A stretch of 20,000 nucleotides of DNA from an uncultured virus (IMG/VR IMGVR_UViG_3300030010_000003) (lineage: Duplodnaviria > Heunggongvirae > Uroviricota > Caudoviricetes), in IMG/VR virus record IMGVR_UViG_3300030010_000003. One strand, written 5' to 3'. How positions within the stretch are numbered: position 1 is the first letter of the stretch; each line of letters starts with the position of its first letter. The translations under genes were made by a program, and so were the position numbers. Under the pieces are notes generated by a model. That model made no database searches and had not been told where the DNA came from. It worked only from the letters and a program-made list of their open reading frames with translations. Below are positions 1 through 7,335 of the stretch, piece after piece.

Positions 1-358
1 TCACCGGGGTCTCGATGACGTCGTTGCCCAGCGTCGTGCGGACCACGAACTCGACCACTGCGGTCTTGCCCTTCACGGCCTGCACGATGTGGAAGCTCAG
101 GGTGTCGTCGAAGATCATCCGCAGGCCCCGGGTGACCAGCTCCTCGATGCTGGACTGGGCGGCAAGCTGCCGCTCCTCCCCCAGCGAGTTCAGCAGCACC
201 GTCACGCGGTCCAGCTCCTCCACCAGTGCGGACAGGTCTGACACCTCGGTGGTCAGCTCCTTGCCCCGCAACAGCACCGCCCGGACCCCACCCTGCGCCA
301 CATCGATCTGCCGACGGCGCTGGCGGGCCCTGACGACCAGCGAATCCAATGTGTCCAT
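1..358 (-). CDS. Split Rad50/SbcC (SMC-like) ATPase, C-terminal-half protein; 3' end runs off the window
   Basis: Not in the ORF track; translated by hand from ATG 358: MDTLDSLVVRARQRRRQIDVAQGGVRAVLLRGKELTTEVSDLSALVEELDRVTVLLNSLGEERQLAAQSSIEELVTRGLRMIFDDTLSFHIVQAVKGKTAVVEFVVRTTLGNDVIETPV. Coiled coil followed by IEELVTxGLxxIF and beta strands, as found just before the ABC signature/Walker B in SbcC C-terminal heads; those motifs would lie beyond the window edge. Confidence 0.7.
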   Translation of the reverse strand, partial: MDTLDSLVVRARQRRRQIDVAQGGVRAVLLRGKELTTEVSDLSALVEELDRVTVLLNSLGEERQLAAQSSIEELVTRGLRMIFDDTLSFHIVQAVKGKTAVVEFVVRTTLGNDVIETPV

Positions 359-359
359 G

Positions 360-375
360 ACTACTGGTACGCCTC
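360..375 (-). promoter_or_regulatory. GCGTAYCA motif, copy 1 (GAGGCGTACCAGTAGT-C-ATG)
   Basis: Ends 1 nt before ATG 358; 13 bp identical to 874-886; no Shine-Dalgarno evident. Confidence 0.65.
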
Positions 376-872
376 AGAACGTCGCCAGACCAACCGGGGT
401 GCCCAATGAGTGCATCAATCTCTTTTTCGGAAACGTCTTGGGGGGCGTCGGCGACCACACGCTTGCGCAACCGGGTCGCGTGCTGACGGCTGATGCCGAG
501 CTTCGCCGCCACCTGCGCCGCGCTCATGTAGGCCAGATCCTTGACCATGCCCAACAGCGGCGAGACCCGCTTGGACCGGCAGCCCCCACGGTGGGCCTTC
601 TCGAAGCACTCGTGCTCGGGGTCGTAGTGCTCCAGCGCGTACTCCGCCGCCGAGACAGCCATGTCCGCTGTGAGCAGGTAGGACCGTTCGGTAGCGCCTA
701 ACGGTCGGTGGAGCTTCACACTGACCGTGAAGACCCAGTCGCTGAGCATGTCGACATCCGGGAACGGAGTGCTCGTGCGGCGGAAGGTGTGGAGGTACCG
801 GTTGGCGTTGCCCTTCATCCACCCGAGGACGTCAGAAGAGTCGCCACACTCGGGGTAGGGGAACAGCTTCAC
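374..872 (-). CDS. Rep-like protein (PriCT-like helices plus C-terminal HTH), apparently frameshifted near its 3' end
   Basis: GTG 872: VKLFPYPECGDSSDVLGWMKGNANRYLHTF...DWVFTVSVKLHRPL...MAVSAAEYALEHYDPEHECFEKAHRGGCRSKRVSP...MSAAQVAAKLGISRQHATRLRKR (clear HTH). This frame has no stop inside the window; a TGA at 376-374 lies in the +1 frame, 15 nt before the next ATG. Confidence 0.6.
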
Positions 873-873
873 A

Positions 874-886
874 ACTACTGGTACGC
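874..886 (-). promoter_or_regulatory. GCGTAYCA motif, copy 2 (GCGTACCAGTAGT-T-GTG)
   Basis: Ends 1 nt before GTG 872; identical to 360-372. Confidence 0.65.
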
Positions 887-987
887 GGATCGGACCCGAA
901 AACGCAGCGAGCCCTCGATCAGAGACCAAGGACTCGATGAGCCTTACTCCCCCTACGGGGGTAGTTAGTTAAAGGTTACATAGTGGT

Positions 988-1266
988 TTACGACTTCGAG
1001 CGCAGAAAATCTTCGACGCTGAAGTCCAACGCGGGGGTGTAGTCCCGGTGCCAGTGGATCTCTCCCAAGGGCACCTCATCGGACAGTTCGACGGTCATGG
1101 TCTCCAGCGACTCGACGACCTTGAGCCCACGCCTGCCCTCGAAGATCATCGCCATGCACATCTCCTCCAGCAGACCGTCCCGCTTGGCCAGCATGTCGTG
1201 CACAGCCTTCGAGATGCTGGCCTCCAGCGCTTCTCCCTCCGGCGTCCCTGACCACATGTACTTCAC
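988..1266 (-). CDS. Hypothetical protein (VKYMWSGTPEG...)
   Basis: GTG 1266 overlaps the upstream stop (GTGA); typical codon usage. Confidence 0.75.
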   Translation of the reverse strand: MKYMWSGTPEGEALEASISKAVHDMLAKRDGLLEEMCMAMIFEGRRGLKVVESLETMTVELSDEVPLGEIHWHRDYTPALDFSVEDFLRSKS

Positions 1267-1433
1267 AGCCGGGACACCGTCGTGTAGGCGGGGAGGGCGC
1301 AGTGCTGGCAGGTCGCAGGGACGGTGGTCCTGACCGTGAATGCGGTCCCGAAGTCCACCATCATGGACAGCACCGCCACCAGAGTGTGGTCCTTGCACAC
1401 GGAGGTCTTCGAGAGCCTCTCTGCCGACCTCAC
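1263..1433 (-). CDS. Small hypothetical protein with CxxH/CxxC motifs
   Basis: GTGA overlaps at both ends; VRSAERLSKTSVCKDH...CQHCALPAY. Confidence 0.6.
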   Translation of the reverse strand: MRSAERLSKTSVCKDHTLVAVLSMMVDFGTAFTVRTTVPATCQHCALPAYTTVSRL

Positions 1434-1690
1434 AGCCCCTCCAGAAGGGCGACGTGCCCATAGCCATCCTCCAACTGCTGAACGACCCGCACAGAGGCAG
1501 GATCGAGACCGCGCTTCGTAGCTTCCACCCTGCCCACCATCAGCGCTGCCGTGGTGATGTTCTGGGTCAGCGAGCGCTGGCCATCCACGCGCAGGGTGCG
1601 CTGGGTCTGGGTGCCCGTCATGCGGGCGAAGATCCGCAGCTGAGGCACGGTTCCCCGAACCTCGCTGCGAACCGTCATGGTTGCCACCAT
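1430..1690 (-). CDS. Hypothetical protein
   Basis: TGATG overlap at 1690; alternative ATG at 1678. Confidence 0.7.
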   Translation of the reverse strand: MVATMTVRSEVRGTVPQLRIFARMTGTQTQRTLRVDGQRSLTQNITTAALMVGRVEATKRGLDPASVRVVQQLEDGYGHVALLEGL

Positions 1691-2091
1691 CAGACCTGCA
1701 CGCGCTTCGGCGAGACGGCGGGCTCGGCGTTCTCCCGGTCGATGGACAGGGTCTGCACGACCTTGGTACGGAAGACGTCCAGCTCATCGGCGGGGATGGC
1801 CTTGGTGTCGAGGGAGTGGATGAAGTACTGCGGGAACTGCTCCTCGACGTACTTCTCGGCCAGTGCCTCCATGTCGAGCCTGCGCTGCTCGTTGAGCTTG
1901 ACGATGATCGCGCCGTACTTGTCGCTGGGGTAGACCAGCGTCTTCTTTCCGGAAAGACCGGCGTCGAGGTGAGCCTTCTTGATCTTGGCGTTGAGGATCT
2001 TGTGCTCTTCGGCGAGCGCGGCGATGCCAGCGTCGAGCTGGGCGTAGCGGTCGAGGTCGGCCTGCGTGAGACCGTCGGGCAGTGCAGCCAT
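1690..2091 (-). CDS. Hypothetical protein with N-terminal coiled coil
   Basis: GAAGGA RBS upstream of ATG 2091; first gene after promoter P1. Confidence 0.85.
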   Translation of the reverse strand: MAALPDGLTQADLDRYAQLDAGIAALAEEHKILNAKIKKAHLDAGLSGKKTLVYPSDKYGAIIVKLNEQRRLDMEALAEKYVEEQFPQYFIHSLDTKAIPADELDVFRTKVVQTLSIDRENAEPAVSPKRVQV

Positions 2092-2124
2092 TGTGATTCC
2101 TTCTGTGTTGTTGACCTGTCCCTA

Positions 2125-2153
2125 ACTATAGTCACTTGGGCTCTGCATGTCAA
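2125..2153 (-). promoter_or_regulatory. SigA-type promoter P1 (TTGACA-17-TATAGT) followed by TAGGGACAGGTCAAC
   Basis: -35 at 2153-2148 and -10 at 2130-2125, near consensus. Confidence 0.85.
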
Positions 2154-2187
2154 CTGTTTCTGGAATCAACCTACCGGTGGGCAAGCG

Positions 2188-2220
2188 AAAGCCCGGAGGG
2201 CCACTAACACCTCCGGGCTT
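2188..2220 (-). terminator. Intrinsic terminator after the sliding clamp gene
   Basis: 11-bp inverted repeat AAGCCCGGAGG (2189-2199)/CCTCCGGGCTT (2210-2220) with a short T tail. Confidence 0.75.
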
Positions 2221-2249
2221 CCTGTCGGCGCAACGCGACTGCGCGCAGC

Positions 2250-3476
2250 CTATGACCAGTGGTCCGTCGTCTGCTGGATGATGCCCATCACCCCTGCGTC
2301 CGTGTCGTCGATCAGCAGCGGCGTGCGGTTGGCCTTGGTGTCCCCGCCCATCCTCAGCATCAGCGTGTCGGCGATGCACACCTCCAGCAGATCGGTGAGG
2401 TAGTGATGGTTGTAGAAGACCTCCTTCGGCTTGCCCTTCCACTGGCACTCCACGACCTCCTGCGCCGTGTTGCCTGCCCGGTCCCTACTCTTGACCTCCA
2501 GAGCCCAGTCCGTGGCGCTACGGGCCCCCCTGACGATGCTGAGGGACACCACGGCGATGTCAGGGTCGGCGTTGATCCGCACCCGCTTGATCGCCTCGTA
2601 CAGCTCGTTGCGATCCACCAGCAGCCCGAGGGTGTTGGTGATCTGCGGCCCGAGCAGCAGGGACTGCACGTCAGGGAACGGCAGGAGCATCCTCTGGGCC
2701 ACGATGGAGTCGGCCCCCACCCGGAACACCAGATGGCGCTCGTCGAAGCCCATGAGCAACTCGTCGGCCCCGTCGAGGGCCTTGATCAGCTCGTCGACCG
2801 TCCGCACCGGGATGGTGGTGTCCATGGCCGGGTCGAGCCCCGCCACGGTGGCCTTGTGCAGCCGTCCCCCGTCGCAGGCGACGATGGCGGAGTCCTTGAC
2901 CTTGACCTGCATCAGGGACACCCGGGCGTCTGAGGTGGAGGCAGCCTTGCGGGCAGCCATCAGGGCGCACAGGAAGGGAACCACCGGCACAGGAGCCAGC
3001 TTGATTCCAGAAACCTCGTCGAGCCCCAGCAGGTTCATTTCCCCCACAGGTACCTGCACGGTCCAGCGGGCGCGGCCCGAGCGCACCAGAGCGGTGGAGC
3101 CCACCACAGTGATGTCGACCCGGGTGGTCGGAGCCAGCTTCAGGATGTCCAGCATCCGCTTGGGCGGCAGCAGGACAGCGCCGGGCACCTTGACGTCGAC
3201 ACCGTCCTCCACCACGGAGACCGTCTGCTCCCCGTCGGTGGCCGTGATCCGGAGATGCGCGGCCACCTCGGAGGTGGTGGGAACAGCCTCGAACAGCGCG
3301 AAGGCCGTGCCCGGCACGATCTCCCGGACGGGTGTGACCCCGTTGGCCCGGGAGAACAGCGCCTTCAGCTTGGCGACGTCGGCCTTGATCGACAGCGACG
3401 CCGACGACGGCAGGATCTCGGGGACAAGGTCGTCCTCCAGCTCGCTGAGTTCGAGCAGGCTCATCTGGTCAGACAT
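2250..3476 (-). CDS. dnaN: DNA polymerase III beta sliding clamp
   Basis: 408 aa with beta-clamp motifs: LRITATDGE, PGAVLLP, IVACDGGRLH, PFPDVQSLL, VDRNELYEAIKRV, FYNHHYLTDLL. Confidence 0.9.
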   Translation of the reverse strand: MSDQMSLLELSELEDDLVPEILPSSASLSIKADVAKLKALFSRANGVTPVREIVPGTAFALFEAVPTTSEVAAHLRITATDGEQTVSVVEDGVDVKVPGAVLLPPKRMLDILKLAPTTRVDITVVGSTALVRSGRARWTVQVPVGEMNLLGLDEVSGIKLAPVPVVPFLCALMAARKAASTSDARVSLMQVKVKDSAIVACDGGRLHKATVAGLDPAMDTTIPVRTVDELIKALDGADELLMGFDERHLVFRVGADSIVAQRMLLPFPDVQSLLLGPQITNTLGLLVDRNELYEAIKRVRINADPDIAVVSLSIVRGARSATDWALEVKSRDRAGNTAQEVVECQWKGKPKEVFYNHHYLTDLLEVCIADTLMLRMGGDTKANRTPLLIDDTDAGVMGIIQQTTDHWS

Positions 3477-3672
3477 AGAGCTTCACCAGCAGGGCGTTGA
3501 TCAGGTCGTGGGTGGCGTCGATGTAGTCGTAGAGGGTCTCGTTGCCCCCCTTGTTGAGCTTCTCGACCTTCTTCAGGAGCTTGGCCAGCTCCTTCTTGGT
3601 GGGTACTCCCTGACCGCTGCCGCTGCGCTCGTACGAGGCGTCTTCGACTGCCTGTTTCAGAACCTTGTTCAT
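3469..3672 (-). CDS. Hypothetical protein
   Basis: 67 aa, overlapping both neighbours. Confidence 0.75.
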   Translation of the reverse strand: MNKVLKQAVEDASYERSGSGQGVPTKKELAKLLKKVEKLNKGGNETLYDYIDATHDLINALLVKLYV

Positions 3673-4109
3673 GAGGCCTCCCAGCCCGGGACGATGGTGG
3701 TGGGGATGCCGTGACTCTGCCAGAGCTTGATCACGGCGGGGTTGTCGTCAAACGCACGGATCGGGGTGTAGCCCAGATCGAGGATGCGCTTCAGGATGTC
3801 GGCCTTCACGAAGAAGTCCGGACGCTGGTCATCATCGTTGCGCATCCACAGGCCGTCGCTCGGCACATCGTGCATGGCCAGCCACCACGCGGTGTGATTC
3901 CGGAAACGATGCACCCGGGCGGTCACCACGAGGATGGCCACCCCGGAGGCGTGCAGAGCCTGCGCGCGCTTCACCACCCACTGGTTGGCGGGCACGTTCA
4001 CGCTGGCGCGGTGGAAGGCGTCGAAGTTCCTGACGGGTCCGTTCACGAAGTGCCGGATGCTCCGCACGTCAGCGAGCGTGCCGTCCATGTCGAAGATTGC
4101 AGCTCGCAT
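3669..4109 (-). CDS. HAD-family phosphatase (polynucleotide kinase 3'-phosphatase domain-like)
   Basis: ATG 4109 after AAGGAGG; motifs IFDMDGTLAD, VVTAR, LWMRxxxDxRPDxxVK, AFDDNP. No kinase P-loop domain. Confidence 0.88.
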   Translation of the reverse strand: MRAAIFDMDGTLADVRSIRHFVNGPVRNFDAFHRASVNVPANQWVVKRAQALHASGVAILVVTARVHRFRNHTAWWLAMHDVPSDGLWMRNDDDQRPDFFVKADILKRILDLGYTPIRAFDDNPAVIKLWQSHGIPTTIVPGWEAS

Positions 4110-4122
4110 CGGGAGCCTCCTT

Positions 4123-4401
4123 TCAGGAATCGCGGGTGACGTCGAGGATGGCATCCAGAGCCTCAAGGTAGGTCTCACACACCTTGGACCCCATCAGGCC
4201 GGAGAGCATCCGGTCGGACTGGTAGTTGGCGATGTACTCGACGTTGCTGCGGGCCATCACGACCACGAGGTGGGTCGGGTGGTTGTAGTTCGGGTTGTCG
4301 TAGCTGACCACCCGGTGGGCGGTGCTGTAGAGGTACCGCTCGACGGTGGCGGCTGGAGCATTGGTGACGACCAGCCAGCGGACGTTCGGATCCCCGCTCA
4401 C
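4123..4401 (-). CDS. Hypothetical protein (VSGDPNVRWLVVTN...)
   Basis: GTGA overlap with the upstream stop at 4398-4400. Confidence 0.75.
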   Translation of the reverse strand: MSGDPNVRWLVVTNAPAATVERYLYSTAHRVVSYDNPNYNHPTHLVVVMARSNVEYIANYQSDRMLSGLMGSKVCETYLEALDAILDVTRDS

Positions 4402-5033
4402 TTCGCGTCCGTCCGCATCCAGATGGCCACGACGGCACCCCGGTTGGCCGAGTTGTTGCTCGGCTTGTAGTTCCCGGTCTTGCGCATCAGGCCCCTGCGA
4501 GAGGCGGAGGAGAACAGCGCACCGACGGCGTTGTTGCGGTTCGGCGTGTCGGTGTCCGGGTGGGGCAGGTCGACAGCCCTCACCAGCTCGTTGGCGGAGA
4601 AGAGCGTGCCTGCCGGGAGCTTGACGATCCACGCGTTGGCGCGCTCGGCCCATGCCGCTGCTCCGGTGAGTGCCTTGGTCTGGCCCTCCTCCTTCAGCAT
4701 GAGGCCCTTGGCCAGACCCTTGAGGCCTCGGTCGGTGTTGCTCAGCAGCTTCTCCGGCATGGTGTCCATCGGCACTGCCGTGACGACGATGTCGGCTTCC
4801 TCCGCGAGGAACTGAGCCACCCTGACCTCGACCCCGGTGTAGGGAGCGTCCACGAGCTTGGGGGTCGTGCCCTTGATCATCACCAGTTCGCCGGGCTGCA
4901 TCCCGCTCAGCGGGAGAGCGTCCTGCACGGGCTCGGTGATGGGTGCCGGGGGCTGGCCGGGGAGACGCCGGGTGACCGCGATGGGATTGGCCATCAGGCC
5001 CCTGCGCAGCTTGTCGTACTTGCCCTTGCTCAT
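4398..5033 (-). CDS. Hypothetical protein, probable C-terminal winged-helix domain
   Basis: FSANELVRAVDLP...NAVGALFSSASRRGLMRKTG...VAIW pattern; first gene after promoter P2. Confidence 0.7.
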   Translation of the reverse strand: MSKGKYDKLRRGLMANPIAVTRRLPGQPPAPITEPVQDALPLSGMQPGELVMIKGTTPKLVDAPYTGVEVRVAQFLAEEADIVVTAVPMDTMPEKLLSNTDRGLKGLAKGLMLKEEGQTKALTGAAAWAERANAWIVKLPAGTLFSANELVRAVDLPHPDTDTPNRNNAVGALFSSASRRGLMRKTGNYKPSNNSANRGAVVAIWMRTDAK

Positions 5034-5072
5034 GCTGACCGCCTTGTTTCGTGAATCTGGGTTGACGTCTCT

Positions 5073-5101
5073 AGTATAAGACTGTCCTTACCTAGAGTCA
5101 A
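5073..5101 (-). promoter_or_regulatory. SigA-type promoter P2 (TTGACT-17-TATACT) followed by AGAGACGTCAAC
   Basis: -35 at 5101-5096, -10 at 5078-5073; boxes TAAGGACA (5090-5083) and TAGAGACG (5073-5066). Confidence 0.8.
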
Positions 5102-5309
5102 GCTCGATGTCAGAGAGATCGTCAGGGACCTTCGAGATGTGGGCGAGCTGGAGATGCTCAACAGCCTTCTCCCACGCAGAGAACCCCATGACGCACACCG
5201 TGCAGATCACCAGCGGTGAAGGCTCAGGAGCGGTGTTGGAAAGGGCAGCGTAGATCACCAGCCCTCCCACCAGCAGGACAGCACCGACGGTGACGAGAGC
5301 TGTGATCAC
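5088..5309 (-). CDS. Small membrane protein with C2H2 zinc-finger-like motif
   Basis: Hydrophobic N-terminus ITALVTVGAVLLVGGLVIYAAL, then CTVCVMGFSAWEKAVEHLQLAH. Confidence 0.75.
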   Translation of the reverse strand: MITALVTVGAVLLVGGLVIYAALSNTAPEPSPLVICTVCVMGFSAWEKAVEHLQLAHISKVPDDLSDIELDSR

Positions 5310-5554
5310 GCCCCGGCCTCTACCAGTGAGGCCTCGATCTCGGCGACGGCGGAGTCCAGTTCGGCCCGCAGCTCGGTGAGCTTGGACTTGGCTTCCTCGT
5401 TGGTCTCGACGCCGAACTCGTCCTTCAGCACCTTGCGCGCATCCGCGAGCCGGGACTTGGCGTTCTCCAGCTCGACGGCGGAGCGTGCCTTCTTGTTCTG
5501 CACCTGCGCGATGGCCCCACGGACCTCACGGATCTGATCTTCAATAGCGGCCAT
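5306..5554 (-). CDS. Small coiled-coil protein (possible middle segment of split Rad50/SbcC)
   Basis: 82 aa helix-turn(LKDEFGVET)-helix with heptad pattern; AGGAGG RBS. Confidence 0.8.
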   Translation of the reverse strand: MAAIEDQIREVRGAIAQVQNKKARSAVELENAKSRLADARKVLKDEFGVETNEEAKSKLTELRAELDSAVAEIEASLVEAGA

Positions 5555-5574
5555 GGTTGGCCTCCTCTCCCCTC

Positions 5575-5587
5575 ACTGATACGCCTC
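5575..5587 (-). promoter_or_regulatory. GCGTAYCA motif, copy 3 (GAGGCGTATCAGT)
   Basis: Directly after the HNH stop codon and upstream of the RBS of 5306-5554. Confidence 0.6.
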
Positions 5588-6151
5588 TCAGGCGCTGAGG
5601 CTCAGAACGAACTGGTTGTAGTACCTGTCACCCTCCAGCTTGAAATCAGCTAAGGGATGTCTGGACACGAACTCTCTGGCTGCTGCACAGGACCTACAGG
5701 CTCGGCGACCGTTCTCCCACTGCCGTAAGCAGAGATTGGGTTCCTGCAAGGGATGGCCCCGAGGGCAGTGTGTTCGATTCCGCTTGGTATCAGTTCCATG
5801 GGCAATCTGGTCCAGTCGGTTCTCCGAGTGAGTTCCCCACTGAAGATTGGACACCCGGTTGTTGTCTCGGTCCCCGTCTAGGTGCCTGCACTCCAGCCCC
5901 TCAGGACGAGGTCCATGGAAGGCCTTGGCCACCAAGGAGTGAACCGCAGGAAGTGACGTCTTGCTCCTGTAGGACACCGCCACCAACCAGTAACCTCTGG
6001 GGCCCATGAAGGGAACAAGAATCCTTCCCGGATAACTTCGCTTCCCTCCAGTGGAGTAGGTGACAACGCGAGCCAGAGCCCGAACTCTGCCGAGATCGGA
6101 CACCTCGTAGTAGCCCCCATACCCCAAGATGGGAAGCCATGTCTCAGTCAC
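5588..6151 (-). CDS. NUMOD4-HNH homing endonuclease
   Basis: ETWLPILGYGGYYEVSDLGRVR (NUMOD4), VHSLVAKAF, CRHLDGDRDNNRVSNLQWGTHSEN (HNH), THCPRGH..CRSC tail; visibly lower GC than flanks. Confidence 0.93.
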   Translation of the reverse strand: MTETWLPILGYGGYYEVSDLGRVRALARVVTYSTGGKRSYPGRILVPFMGPRGYWLVAVSYRSKTSLPAVHSLVAKAFHGPRPEGLECRHLDGDRDNNRVSNLQWGTHSENRLDQIAHGTDTKRNRTHCPRGHPLQEPNLCLRQWENGRRACRSCAAAREFVSRHPLADFKLEGDRYYNQFVLSLSA

Positions 6152-7005
6152 ATTGAGATCCTCTTCTTGCCCTGCTTATCAATGATGGGCTCGAACTTGG
6201 TACACGCATGACGTGTAGGACAAAAACCGCAGGGACCAGTTCCCTCGACCGGGGTCTTGATGTCCAGCAGGATGTCGTTGGCCATGCCGAGGATCCTCTG
6301 GAGGAGCTGGTTTCTGGAATCGACGGTCGGCTTGTAGGCCTTGACCCGCTCCTTGCACAGCGGCTGGAAGAGCCCGGTCATGGCCGTGGCCTGCCCGAAC
6401 ATCAGCTCAACGGCGAGATCGTAGAAACCGAGCTGGCCGACGGTCTTGCGCCAGTAGGACTCGTCCTTGGTGTGCTTGACGTCCCAGACGATCCAGCGGC
6501 CCTTGTCGTCGCGCACGAGGATGTCCATGTAGCCGTTGAGGATGATCTGCTCGGGCTCCCCAGTGCGCGGGTGGTTGATCAGGATCTCCGCCTCGAAGTG
6601 CTTGTCGGCCTCGAAGTCGAACGGCACGACGTACTTCAGCAGGATCGGCTCGATGGCCTTCACCGCCTCGGTGCAGTCGGCCACCACCAGCTTGCGGTCC
6701 CCGGGGTTGCGCCAGCGGACGACGCCCTCACCCTTGGAGACCAGCTCTTCCTTCTCGGACTCGATGGTGGCGTCGACCATGGACGGCATCTCACCGATGT
6801 GATCGAGCGGGTCGTTGTTCAGCCAGTCACGAACGACCCGGTCGGTCACCGATCCGGGAAGGAAGTTGCGCTTGTTGTCCAGTGTGCCGAGCTTGTGGGT
6901 GCGCGCCAGATGGCTGCGCTGTTTGCACTCCTCGTGAACCCGTAGCCCAGACCAGCTGAGCCGAACGGTCACGCGGCCACACTCCTTGCACGTCTGGTTG
7001 GCCAC
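6148..7005 (-). CDS. Cas4/RecB-like PD-(D/E)XK exonuclease
   Basis: LSWSGLRVHEECKQR, GYMDILV, VWDVKHTK, QLGFY and C-terminal CGFCPTRHAC (1+3 Cys Fe-S pattern). Confidence 0.88.
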   Translation of the reverse strand: MANQTCKECGRVTVRLSWSGLRVHEECKQRSHLARTHKLGTLDNKRNFLPGSVTDRVVRDWLNNDPLDHIGEMPSMVDATIESEKEELVSKGEGVVRWRNPGDRKLVVADCTEAVKAIEPILLKYVVPFDFEADKHFEAEILINHPRTGEPEQIILNGYMDILVRDDKGRWIVWDVKHTKDESYWRKTVGQLGFYDLAVELMFGQATAMTGLFQPLCKERVKAYKPTVDSRNQLLQRILGMANDILLDIKTPVEGTGPCGFCPTRHACTKFEPIIDKQGKKRISM

Positions 7006-7012
7006 GCCAACA

Positions 7013-7249
7013 TCATGCCGTCTGGGAGACCGCTTCCTCAGCAGGCTCCGTGCTCACGGTGGCCTTGTGGTTGGCGAACGCCTTCTCGGCAGCCTCCACG
7101 GTGAAGAGGTGTGCTCCTGTGCGTCCCGGCAGGGTCTGGGCGGGCTTGATCTTCTCGGCGTCGACCCAGCGCTGCACAGTCTTGCGCGCGACGCCGTACT
7201 TGGTGACGATCTCCGAGATGGTGATCAGCGGCTGATCTTCGGTGCTCAT
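7013..7249 (-). CDS. Excisionase/MerR-like helix-turn-helix DNA-binding protein
   Basis: LITISEIVTKYGVARKTVQRWVDAEKIKPA...GAHLF; GAAGGA RBS; own promoter P3. Confidence 0.85.
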   Translation of the reverse strand: MSTEDQPLITISEIVTKYGVARKTVQRWVDAEKIKPAQTLPGRTGAHLFTVEAAEKAFANHKATVSTEPAEEAVSQTA

Positions 7250-7306
7250 GATTCCTTCGTTTCTCGATATGTCTGGCTGGCGGTGGTTGTCTAATCCTTG
7301 GGACTA

Positions 7307-7335
7307 ATGGTAGTCCATAACTAGGGACAGGTCAA
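7307..7335 (-). promoter_or_regulatory. SigA-type promoter P3 (TTGACC-17-TACCAT) containing an inverted TAGGGACAGGTCAA element
   Basis: -35 at 7335-7330, -10 at 7312-7307; plus-strand 7322-7335 reads TAGGGACAGGTCAA. Confidence 0.75.

Noticed and set aside
415..822. 135-aa minus-strand ORF in the track
   Set aside because: Alternate frame of the Rep-like HTH gene, with R/G/P-rich shadow composition.
922..946. GAGACCA...GATGAGCCTTA loosely recalls the ColE2 origin sequence
   Set aside because: Short, gapped match recalled from memory; it cannot be distinguished from chance without an alignment.
2110..2132. Plus-strand antisense promoters from GTTGAC at 2110, 5061, 10867 and 11881
   Set aside because: No -10 hexamer at 16-18 bp spacing; treated as part of the regulon element instead.
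2259..3714. Long plus-strand ORFs (also 15-701, 6208-6945, 15439-16588 and others)
   Set aside because: Antisense shadows of high-GC minus-strand genes; no RBS or recognisable motifs.
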